Positions 1 to 11,677 of a DNA stretch of 64,000 nucleotides are shown here, in pieces. The notes below the pieces were generated by a model. That model saw nothing but the letters and a program-made list of their open reading frames with translations. It searched no databases and had not been told where the DNA came from. Numbering within the stretch: position 1 is the first letter of the stretch; every line of letters begins with the position of its first letter. The translations under genes and the position numbers were made by a program. The DNA is taken from positions 4,340,001 to 4,404,000 of the forward strand of contig NEEC01000002.1 of assembly GCA_002189035.1 (NCBI GenBank), given 5' to 3'. The stretch is from Utricularia gibba. Lineage: Eukaryota; Plantae; Magnoliophyta.

Positions 1-146
1 ACAAAAGAAAAGCACCAAAGAGCATAAGAGGATGTTTATCAAAGCCATATATTTATTATAAAATTTCCGGGAAAATATAGTTTATACCCACATTAATTTC
101 TCAAAACCAAATACTGAGTGAGAAATAGATGGGGTTCATAGTTTAC

Positions 147-533
147 CTGCCAGGACTCTTCACCTTTGAACACATAAAGAAGGTTTTTTTCCTCTACATC
201 TGGTAGAACTGTTCCATTCTCCCCTTTGCACTGGAAGTAAACCGTCGGTTTAGATGGCAGCCACTCATGAGTTCTGAATATCACAATGGAATCGAGAGAA
301 ACGACCGCACTTGATAAAAATTCTAGAGAAGAACGAAATAGAAACAGATAAGCAATAGGAAACTCTACCAGGCTACACATAAACTGCAAGCATCCGCATC
401 TCAAAGTAATCCCCATAAATTCAACTTCCGGCGTATATTAGTTGCCGAACTCACCAGGAAATAGCGTAAAAACGATCAAGTATAACAGCAGCAGCTCGTT
501 AGGAACCCTAGGCTCCCTACCTCGGATCATCAT
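147..533 (-). CDS. 5' part of an uncharacterised plant membrane protein (At3g53490-like); exon 1 455-533, exon 2 147-322; continues beyond the window edge
   Basis: ATG at 533, hydrophobic signal-like MMIRGREPRVPNELLLLYLIVFTLFP, donor G|GTGAGT at 454, acceptor CTAG| at 323 in matching phase. Exon 2 (EFLSSAVVSLDSIVIFRTHEWLPSKPTVYFQCKGENGTVLPDV...KGEESWQ) resembles At3g53490 as recalled. Donor CAG|GTAAAC at 146. Confidence 0.85.
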
Positions 534-774
534 CGCACGGACGATTAGAATAATGAAATGAAATCAATCGTTTGGAGAGACCGAAAATTCTATCGTGGTC
601 GCATCCAAGTTTCTCCCACTTTCTTCGAATCTTCGAGCTCGGAGCCTGATTCCAGATGGATCTATCGAGGTAATAACGAATAAGCTTCGCGCGTTTTGTC
701 AACAGAATCGCCGAGTGCAAAACATTTAGATTCTGGCGGTTGGGGACTACTTTCCCGGATTAAATAGAAACTAA

Positions 775-808
775 TGGGCCTTCCAAACCGAGAGAAACTT
801 GGTGGGCC
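775..808. promoter_or_regulatory. Two site II (TGGGCC) motifs upstream of the At3g53490-like gene
   Basis: TGGGCC at 775-780 and 803-808, about 250 bp upstream of the ATG. Confidence 0.45.
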
Positions 809-2077
809 AAATTTAGAATTTGAGCCTGAAATAATGTATCAAATTTAAAAGGAATTTCGTATTTTACTAATCGATATAATTTATTTGATTTTAAGATAAA
901 AAAATATAAAAAAATATGGTTTTAATAATTTTTTGTATAAAGGTACCAAATTATTACTTAATTAAAAAAAACTCAAAGCAATTATTTCACATTTTTATGT
1001 TTTCTCACAACCTCACCTACACCCACAATCAGCATCTTCCTAGGGAACGCAATTTTGCTGTCGAAGCTTCTCTAGAGTTCATGGAAATTAGCAAATCTGG
1101 TAAGTCAACTTTCAAGATTAGTGAGCTTGGCATTGTCGGTTTCATTTATCATATGAGCACTAAACATATTCTTAAAACTATTAAAGAGATCTAGTAAGAT
1201 AAAATTGTAAAGTCAGTGCCTTATAAAGCATTTGTACGGTACCTGTCAGAGTCCCAAATATGTGTGTATACAAAAAAGAACAACAAATTTCTGAAAGGGG
1301 AGAGGAGGGATAGTCACTTGGGCATGGAGAGCGAGGCCAAATGTTGAAATTCATTTGGTAGTAAAGACTCATGTTGTTGTTGGTGAAAGCAAAAGGAGAA
1401 ATGCTGGAAGCATGTGAAAAAGGTGATTTTTTGAGAGAAAAATAGAGAGAAATGAGCAAGAATAAAAAAATAAATAACAAAGGTGCCACAGAAAGAAGGA
1501 ACATAGTAACTACGTTTCTCAATTATAATTTCTAGTAAGTAGTGTTAATGAGTTCAAAAGTCCATAAAATTCATTCCCGTGGTTATTTTGATACAGCTGA
1601 TGTTGTGTTTTATTTTAGTATATCTTTTTTTCTGTTTTAGTAATAATAGAATAGAAATATTTGAGTTTGTGTAGCAAAATATCTTAAAAGCATGTTGATA
1701 TCATAGTTTTTCTCAATAAAAATGCGAACTGACCCAATTTTTACTTGGTCTAAGGGCAAAGTGGGTTTATTGTTCATCAGACCCATCCACACCTAACCCA
1801 TTTGAGTTGTACCACGTAATTTAACCAATTTTTGAAAATATTTTTAATATATGTGCATAACACGAATTACAAGTATGCACAAGAAGTTGAATTAAGAAGA
1901 TATTTTCATTGGGGAAGGGAGTTGTATCCTTTACACCCATCCATTAAAGTAAAAAGCTACTTTCAATTCTTCTACCTAATGTTCGAGGTAGCCCAAGATT
2001 CACTAGATAGAAGAAGGCATCACCATTGTGCTATAAAAGGAAAATAAGCTAATAACTCACCTTATGTGGTTACCATG

Positions 2078-3069
2078 TGATAAACGTGAATATTTGCATG
2101 TTGTTACAAATGTTAATTCTCGTATCAAATAAACTTACTAACCTAATTTTTACCCAAACATTAAGCAAATAAGAGCATATAATTGAATTAGGGTTGAACA
2201 TGAAAAGCAATGTGATTGTTGAATCTAGGTTAACACATTCTGTTTTGTCATGATGGAATATTAAGTTTAAATTAGGATTAATATAATTCAACAACAAAGT
2301 ACAATAAAAGCAATAAATGAGAAAATCTGATTATTCTTTAGAAAGAGATAATATGATGTCTTAAGCCTTATAGGAGTGGTATACTTATCATTATTCTTAT
2401 TCCATTCAAACTAAAAATTAGTCATCGAGCAAACAAAGTTTTAAGTCTATCTAATCTCTTTTTTCCAAACTTTTGATCTACCTTTAGTTAGATTTCTCAT
2501 AGGATGAACATGTCACTACTTCGCTCTCCTGAATGAATTCTGCTTTGATAAGTAACTAGTATGATAATATAGTTGATATAATCTAACAAACAATAAACAT
2601 AATCACTCTTTTTTTACGCCAAGGCATCACATGATGCTTAGCTACTAATATTGAGGATAAATAACATAATTTCAAAAAAAAAAACATCAATAACATGCTT
2701 CCAATCATAGTCTAATAGGAAGAAAATAAACAGAAGTAGTAATGAAAATAGTTTCCACACGAAAGCTAAAATGATGTTTGCAATTTATTCCCACCTAGGA
2801 GTAATATTCTTGATAAAATATCTTCAATCCAGCTGAATTCTTGATTTGTTTGGAAAAATAAAATAGGCTTTGCTTTGTGAAGTTTCTGCTCTTTGGGATT
2901 TGGATTATTGAAAATATGTTGCATTACTCTAAGGAAGAAAATTAAATTTGGAATAAAATATTAAAATTGTTATATCATTTGCAAAAATGCCAAAATATTA
3001 AAATCCTAATTTGATAAAATAACAACTCTCATTTTCTAATTAAAAACCACTGAAAACTATGTGTCATCA
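2078..3069 (-). mobile_element. Degenerate Ty3/Gypsy LTR
   Basis: Minus-strand termini TGATGACACATAGTTTTCAG...CACGTTTATCA; both ends resemble the LTR at 30928-31984. No matching TSD (ccatg vs gcatt). Confidence 0.6.
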
Positions 3070-4347
3070 GCATTTGTTCTTTGAATTTTTTTTTTATCTC
3101 TTTTCTATCTTTGAACTATATTGTATACGTCTTTGTTTTAAAACTTCGGCATGACTTCTTATCACATTTCAAGAGCTAGTAGTTAAGGAGGAGGTCTAGG
3201 ACACGATCCATAGCTAGTAACGAAGTTGATCGATTAGGTTTGTTTAGGTATCCGTAACTTTATAGTCTATTGTTTGTTTGTGAGGTACTTGGATTCTTTT
3301 GAAAACCATGTAAACCATGGTAAAGAACATCCATGTGTTTTTTGGCTGGTTACCATGTTCTTGTGGTTAAGGTTTGATTGTGTTCTTCCTTATGTTTTTA
3401 TACTATGATATCTCATCTTTATATATACTTTCTATTTCGAATACTCAACTATATAATAAGTTATGTTTTCTCTTCTCTTCTTGGGGTTTCAGGTTTAGGT
3501 AGGAAGATATGATATAAAGGGGACTTATGTCTTTTTGTGATAAGAAGGCATGATATTATGACCCTAGATGGCACTTTAGAAATATATTTGAGTTATTATA
3601 ATACCATTTTGACTATGAATCAACTGTTCTTTTTGGTTTGAGAGACCCATTTATTACCCTAATCTTGTTTTTGGTAGTCAGTTCAATATAATATCTTGCT
3701 GTCAGTCAATGAAATTTCTGAATTTAAGGGGCTCTGAAGCCAAAGACATGTTTAACAATGAGAACTTAAAGTCTACAATGGGTCCTCACTTTGTGAACTA
3801 AGCATTTTTTCATTTTTTGCTAGGTTAAGTAAGTCCAATTGTTGCTTCACATTTGTTTTAATAATTCTATCATCTTTCGCCATTGGCTTACTATGTATTC
3901 ACTCCACACTTATTGCACCGTGCAAAGAAAAGGAGAGTAGTGGTAATTAGACATGAGCATCCATTTCAACTGTTATTGAGTAGGTTTAACCTAGTGGGTT
4001 GGTCAACAATTAATAACATGTGGCAGGTTGCTCATCATGGGTCAGACCATGACTCAACTCATGTACAATTTAACCTACTATCAAGGAATTGATGTATGGA
4101 GTTCAAAAACAATTAACTTTAAATGATTTATTTTTGAAGAGCAACACAAAGTATAAGGGTGATAACAACGTTTTTATTACGTTTTTGTATATATTTTATG
4201 AGTGTTTCATCTAGTTAAATGTTGGTTTGCATGTGTAATTATTCCTTTTGTGTATTTAGTTGGTAAAAATGTGTTTATTGTGAAAATATACTCAATTGGC
4301 AACAATTGAACTGAAAAATTACATATCATAATCTTCATGATCTGGGT

Positions 4348-7300
4348 TAGATTTGGTAACAATAAGTAGTAGGAACCAGACCGTATGAAAAAAATAGTTG
4401 GAACCGGTCCGGATTGGATATGAACCACCAGTTAGGAACCATCAATTTCGGTCTAGATTTGATTCTAAATAGAATTTTAAATAGAAAAAAATAGAGAAAA
4501 TAAGACATTAAAAGTAGTTTGCAATGCGAAATCAAGAACAAAAAATTCCTTGGTTTCACATTCAATCACACATATTCATCTTTGTGTCCTTCAACATCAT
4601 TATCCATCACCGATAGTTTGTGATTCTTGTTCAACATTATCTTCATCATCATGTACCGATTGATAACATTGCGAACCTATGGCATTAGTGGACTTACTGT
4701 TATTCTCATCCCACAAACATCGTCAAGTACACATCAAAGCTTCTAGAGTAAGATGATGGAGTCTACTCCGATGTGGACTTACAATAAATCCACTTGTATT
4801 CAATACAGATTCAGAGGCAACCATAGCAACTAAAATGGCTAAAAGATCCATTGTAATTCTTTTCATTGTAGCATAAGCAACTACATTACTCATCCATCAA
4901 TTAAGAACATTGAAATCCACAATTCTATTTAAAATATGTTCATTTAGATAAACATCCAACTTAGATATACCACTTCTTGTTGTACTCTTTAACTCATGAA
5001 GAACAAATTGATCAAATTTATGCATACTACCATATGTAGAAGATGAACAACTTCCCTAATCAATAGTGACTAATGATGAATCTTCCTCATTGGTTATTGA
5101 TGAACATTGCCTAGATTTAGCCATATATTCATTCAAATGAGCAATATAATTTATACGAACATGTGCAACTTTATATCATGCATCTCTTTCATCATACATT
5201 TGACTATAATAAAATTGAATTATTTTCAATTTGTACCTTGGATCCAAAACACCTGCAATACCCAATAATGAATGACAAGTTTCCCAATATTTAGAGTACT
5301 TTCCATAATTGATTTTTCCATTGAACGAATCATTTCATCATCATCAAAATCCACTTTTCAAATTCAATTTTGATATCACACATAGTAGAGAAGAACAAGT
5401 TAGTAGTGGGATAACGAGTTCTTAAAAAACACAAAGTAGTTTTATAAAATATTTTAAATCTTTCACAAATTTTTCTTGCCCTTTCCCAATCCACATCAAC
5501 AAGTTCAGTGATATATCCCTTATCCAAAAGTTTAAACTTAGGGAACACATCTTTATAAACCATGGCATTTTCAAGCATCAAATAAGTGGAATTCCAAAGA
5601 GTCTTGCAATCAAAAGATAATCCTTTTGTAGAAGGAATTTTATACTGATTTGCAACAAATTCAAACCTTTCAAGTCTCTTAAGTGATGCTGTCCAATAAG
5701 ATACACTACCACGAATATTCTCAATCTCCTTAAAGATTTTTCCTAAGACCACTTGATTAATTAGGTTTAAAACATGAGTACTGCAATGCCCTCTCCTTTC
5801 AAAAGTAAATCTGTACCAGATAACTTACTCAAAAATACTCTGAGGAGAGAATCATTTTTTGTGCAATTGTCAACCGTAACCGTAGGCACCCTTCGATCAA
5901 GATTTCAACCTACTAATGCCTCAATTAACTCATCATGTAGAACTTCTAATGTGTACGGAGCTGTATTATATGCAAATCTGCATAGAAAATTAACTTCAAT
6001 GAATATTCAAAGCATTAAATTAAACTAAAATGAACTACTACACTGCACTTCACTTACCTTAAAATGCGATTCATTAACATCCAAGAATCATCAATAAAGT
6101 GAGCAATGATTGCTATGTAGCCTCTTTTATGACTGCTAGATGTCCACATATCTGTGGTAATAGCGACTTAACACTTAAACTTTTTGAACATCCTATGACA
6201 CTTTGACTTATAGCTCTTGTACATCTTCATAATATCTCTTGTCAAAGTATTTCTTGAAATCAAAATCATATTGAACTTGGGATTCAAACTAACACTGTAT
6301 CATTGAAATCCAATGTGTTCAACGATACTCCAAGGGTAATCATGTAGAAATACATTTTTTGATAGCTCTTTTCTCATTTCAACAACATTGAATTCGTGTT
6401 TTTCAGCATTCCCAACCTTTTCCTTCTCAAGCAAAGATTGCCTAATATCCATCTTTCTTGGTCTTTTAGGACAATGTAGTTTGTAATGCTTCATCAAATT
6501 TCAAGTTCCAATTTTTGATTCTCCAATAAAAATCTTTTTGCAATAGTTTCACTCTGCTTCCCATCTTTTGTTCGTCTTGTTAAAGAACCTTCTAAAGTGA
6601 TTCCAACATTTGAAAGTCAGTTTCTTCCTTTTTGAACCACATTCGCTAATTCCTTCAACTTCTTTTACATCATCGCTATCATGTTCTAATAAATTTGTGC
6701 CTTCCTCAACATTAGATGCATACAATTGTGTATTTTCTCGTTCAAATTCCATTTCAGAAGCTGAAAATCACATAATAAAGATTAAATAATTATTGACTAA
6801 CATCACATTTCAGAAGATGAAATATTCACATAAATCGATATTGATCATTTGAATAATTATTGACTAACATCACAAATATTAAGATTCTTCTTCAAGTGTG
6901 ATCGCTGTTTAGGGTAATCGGTCAAAGTCAAAAACCCTAATCTTTGAAATTTATATTAAAAACAAAATAACTTGAAGGATGAACTTACAACATAACTCTA
7001 GTTTGGTGATCGTCAGAAGCCACAGTAGCGGCGGCGTGGCTACAACTCAAAAATTTACAAACACTAAAAGATCGCTATGCTTTTGGAATCTAGATGTTGA
7101 AAAGGTTAAAGGCCGATGGAAATTGGAAAAAAAAAGAATTGAAATCGAGGCCGCCGCCTAGGATATGGGTTTTAACTTTTAATCTTTAAGATATTTAATT
7201 ATATTATAATGTGTATTAGATAATATATTCATTAAATAAATAAATAAATATATATATATATATATATATATTTATTTATTTATTTATAATTTAAAAATTC

Positions 7301-7441
7301 GATTGCTCGATTAGATTTCGGTTAGGGACATGACTGTATTTTGCCGATTTTTGTTTCTTGGGTTTTTAAACCGAATTGATTCCTCTTGCATTTGGGTAGT
7401 ACCCGAATTCATGAATATTCCTACTCCCATGTTTTCCTCTA
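4348..7441 (-). mobile_element. Degraded hAT DNA transposon (BED finger, catalytic core, dimerisation domain)
   Basis: BED finger 6300-6752 (KCWNHF...MMKHYKLHCP), core 5330-6200 (DCKTLWNSTYLML), dimerisation-like segment about 4750-4950; multiple stops and frameshifts. TAGAGG-type terminus ending at 7441. Left boundary approximate; no TSD found. Confidence 0.9.
7233..7286. repeat. Perfect 54-bp AT-only palindrome (TAAA)4-(TA)11-(TTTA)4
   Basis: 7233-7248 is the exact reverse complement of 7271-7286, with a self-complementary (TA)11 core. Confidence 0.95.
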
Positions 7442-7448
7442 GTTTATA

Positions 7449-8865
7449 TGATAACACACATTTTTCCTAAAATTCATAACACAAAATAGTTATATTTTAT
7501 CATGATTTAGGTTAGATAAATGTGGTTTTTCATGCTTTAGTGGTGTTTATGTTAATCTTATGTGATTATGTTGAAAAGTGGACTAAATCCTTTGATTTAG
7601 TCCACAACTCTTGTTACTAATGTTTCAGTAAGTTCAGCAGGGAGATGAGCCGAAAATCAGACTTGCAAACGTATAAAACAAGCAAAAAAGGGGCGCAAAA
7701 TCCGGAGAAGGACAAAGAGCACTGTTCTGTCGCCACCGCAGTCTGCAAGTTCTGGCCGGGAACAGTGCTGGCGGTCGGGAACAGTACTGGCGGACAGCAA
7801 CAGTGCAATGGAGTGAAGGAAAGGGGAAATTTATTTTCGAAAAAGAGGAGAGAGCGAGAAGTGAAGCGACCGAGGGGGAAACGCAAGGGGTCTTCTTCCC
7901 CAACGGGAGAAACACCAACCAGAAGGGGGAAGGGAGGCCTTCATCACCAAGAAAAGCACCGGAACCTAGTCCAGCGCTACTGTTCCGGGCTGTGAACAGT
8001 AGCTAACGGGCGGAAGAACAATCTTTACTTACTTTCTAGTTTTCTGAACATTTCGACTTTCTGCATTTTACTTGTTTACGATGTTTCTGCCATTTTGGCC
8101 AACTTATATGAATGAAATCGTGTTTTATTTCCAAAGCATGAGTGGCTAGAGTCTTAGGGATGCCTTAAGGAGAAGTGGGTGGTATGTGCTTAGGTTGATG
8201 ATGAAATTTAGTTGTCTTCCTTAACTCTTGTTTCTAACAAACTATGGATAGACCTAAGGAGGGGAGCAAGTAGTTTCACAACTTAGATGCTTGGTTTAGA
8301 GGTAGACCAACAAACCAAGATAGGATCAGTCGGTGTTAGTCCAGGGTAGAACCAGTAGAATCGGGTAGACCTAGTTCTATATGCCTTGCATGCGGGTAGA
8401 CCTAATTGCAATGTTGGTTATGATATTGGGGACTAGCTTAAGCCAAAAATATGATGAATGACCTGGGTAGACTTAGGTTATTTGAAGTTGTGAGTGTAGG
8501 AAGATAATAAATTAAGTTAGGAAGCTTAGCGTAACACCACCTGCAGACCCTTAAGGCGTCCTTGTATTAGTCTGAGTCAAAACCAATACCTGTTACCTTA
8601 ACGTAGAAACCTGATATTGCTTACCTACCTTGTTTACTGAACTTGTTTACCAATGTTAGTCCGAGCTTAGACTAAGACCTACTGTTATCCGAAATCTTGC
8701 ATCTACTAAAATACTTTGCAAGCACAAGCTCTTCGTGATCGACCCCGATATCCACTATACAAGTTTTCCAAATTTGTATTTTGTGTAGATTAGGGATTAT
8801 AAATTTATTTGATACAGATTTTCTATTTTGATTTGCAACGATATTAGGAAAATTCTCGTTTATCA
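7449..8865 (+). mobile_element. Solo LTR (Athila-like Ty3/Gypsy), 1417 bp
   Basis: TGATAA...TTATCA termini; perfect TSD TTATA (7444-7448 and 8866-8870); homologous to 35217-36580. Confidence 0.92.
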
Positions 8866-8899
8866 TTATATTTAAGTTTTAATAGGGTAAGAGTTAATA

Positions 8900-11677
8900 T
8901 TGATAATACACTTCCTACGTTGAAAAGTAAAATGAGTAGAAAAGTTGAAGAAAAATGGCTTTTATCCAAAAGCAGCTAACTTTTGAAAAGAAAAGATTTG
9001 GATAAAAGATTTTTTTTCGAGAATCCCATGGAAAAGATAGAGATACCCATATTTTGAGCAGAAAAGAAAAAGAGGAAAGGAGGGGAGAGAAGACAGCGCG
9101 AAGTAGGCGAGAACAAGGGTTTTTTGGCAACAACTTCGGCCATCTTTCAAGTCTACTCACATAGATCAGATTTAACCCCCAAACTCTCGATTCCAGCAGA
9201 TCTATGACCCATTGCAACTACTTGACATTTCATTTTGGCTTTCTACTTTACTGTTTCTAGCTTAAACGTGTTTGTTGCATTTTTGCTCTCTTTGTTTTTT
9301 ATTCCAGACTTGTTCTAATCTAGGAAAATTCCTCTAGTCATCATTTTAGTTTATGCACTACATTTCTGTTTGGGTCCTTCGACCGTTAGTTCTTGAGTTT
9401 AATATGGCAACTATTTTCACACTCTTTTCCTTAACTCCTGGATGTGATAAAGTTGGGTTTAACTTTAAGTACTCTTTCGAGTGACACACGAGCTAGATCC
9501 TAGTGGAAGTTGTGTTTAACTTCCATTTTGTGTTTTATGAGCATTCATGACATTTACGGAAGATCTAAATTCCCATAAACTCCCCTATGTTTAGAAAATG
9601 TAAAGAATTTTGAGAAATCACAACCATTCCCTGTGAAACCGTTGCTTGGTATGCTACATTAATTTTAAAGATGTTTGTAGAAGAATAACTAAATTTATAA
9701 ATTTATTTTAATATGTTGAAAATACTAAATTGCAACATTTAGCAAGATTTTAATGTTCATCAAAAGGTGAATTGATGAATGGAAAATTCTAAAGGTGTCG
9801 CATGCCTAAAGGTTTTATCCATTAAAAGATATTTATAAATTGAACAAGAAATCTACATCCTATTCACTAAGAAAATAATGTAGTAATAGCGAGTTCAAGT
9901 TGACACAAAGGGAGCAATTGGTTTTCAGTTGTAAGTCCTATCCTAAAGTAGGATTAAATGAGCGCTTTTTGTCGGTACGTTGATTTCTACTCTATAAAAA
10001 TTCAGAAAAATCCTAAAGTAGTTTCTACACTAAGAACAAACAATGAAATGAGTAGTTTAGCATGCCTAGAAATTTCAAAGTAAATATTTCACTTAATCCA
10101 AAAATTAATCTTAGTTAATGGAAACCTAAACATTCTTAGGTTACTATTTCAATTCATGCATGAAAAGAGTAGAGAAAACAGCGAAAGAACCATGCTAGGT
10201 TAATGAAAACATTCAAACAAGTTTACATTTGAGCAAGAAATGTAAACTGAACTAGTAGGTTGTGAAAATATAAAAATAAAATATAGAAAATAAAAAGTTT
10301 GTTCAGGTCTCCAAGTCAGTTTTGTGCATTGATCATCTTCTTCTTCTCATGTTGGCTGGTTCTAAGGCTTCACTTTCGAAGTTCCTGGTTATGCTACTGT
10401 TCTAGATGATAGAGGTAGCTCCAATGTCACTCTAAAGACTACTTCCATTGTATTCTTCTTGAACAGATAGATCTCTGTCTAAATTAGGTTCTCGACGTTG
10501 GAGGTTTGTGTTTAGTGCCATGTTGGAACTACTCTTCCTCTGAGTTCTCATTTCGCTCAGAAAATATGAAAGTTACTGCTGGAAAATCTCCAAGGAGAGG
10601 TCCACAATTCATCTCTAGAGCTTCCCTCCACAATTCCTCCTATGAGCATCAATAATTTTTTTTCTTCTTTTTTGACAATTACTAAAAAAATATCCTTTCT
10701 CATTAATTCAGCTTCCCGTATAGATGTAAAACTTGTGATTTAACCCTGTACTAAAAATAACTTCATAGCTTGATCAAACACAAGGTCCAGCCCAAATAGG
10801 GTGATTGTTCCTGGGCTTGGATGAACATAGAGTTACCCCTGGCCCTTGGATTAATGTAGAAAATGACACAAAACATGTTTTTACCAAAGCCAAATTTACT
10901 AATGATAATTTTGACCATTTTTCCCATTCTAATTCACATAATCTCCTATCCTAACACTAAAAATAACACAAATATGATCGAATTTTGCACAACATCATGA
11001 ATCAATACTTGAAATGGAGAACATCTCTTTTTCTACCAAAAAGACAATATTTTGGAAATCAATTTTTTTTTATTAAGATAAGTTATAAATGAATCAACTT
11101 CATAGATCAGTTGGTTGACTCATACCCATGCTGTTATTTGATGATAATTCAAGAATGAACCATTGAGAAAACAGAGGAGTTTTGGAAGAAGTTTGGGGTA
11201 TGTTGAAAAAAAAATCAGCATGGGTAACATCATATCATTTCTTTATGTGTGAATTGTTTTTGGTGTCAAAGCTCCTACTTCTCCTTCTCTCTCTTCCACC
11301 AAGAAAAATATTTTCTTCCTCTTTCATTTTCGAAAGCAAGTATAATTTTCTGATAATCGTACTACTCCTTCCTCTTACTTGCAAACTGTTACTGCAACAG
11401 TGCACTCATTGTCCCTTCTGTTATGTTGTGCATATGTCAAGTAGCTCCCTATACGAAATCCTTGTCTTCTTTCTTGATTTTTGGGACTTCTGCTAGACTC
11501 AAAATGTATTAATAACATAGAATAGGCTAAATTCCAAGATTTAGTTCATTTGCACATAACATTCACACATTCCATAAATTATATAAAAATACTTAAAACT
11601 ATAAAATAAGCAACTAAAACATAATTAAAAAGTTATAATTTTCATATCATAAAAATAGGAAAATTTGTGTGTTATCA
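8900..11677 (-). mobile_element. Mosaic of Ty3/Gypsy LTR and non-coding internal remnants
   Basis: Minus-strand LTR starts at 11677 (TGATAACACAC) and about 10998 (TGATGTT); 10150-10450 resembles 61620-61870 and 63050-63100. Boundaries approximate. Confidence 0.6.

Noticed and set aside
323-416. N-terminus MGITLRCG... of ORF 93-416
   Set aside because: Lies in intron 1; the real start is the upstream exon at 533.
5330-6752. Domesticated DAYSLEEPER/RICESLEEPER-type gene (also considered for 37000-39050)
   Set aside because: Multiple stops and frameshifts, plus TIR/TSD structure, indicate dead transposons.
7617-8006. Overlapping 67-116 aa ORFs on both strands (similar clusters at 12082-12530, 35895-36469, 62038-62320)
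   Set aside because: Low-complexity purine/pyrimidine-skewed LTR sequence; frames are not conserved between LTR copies.
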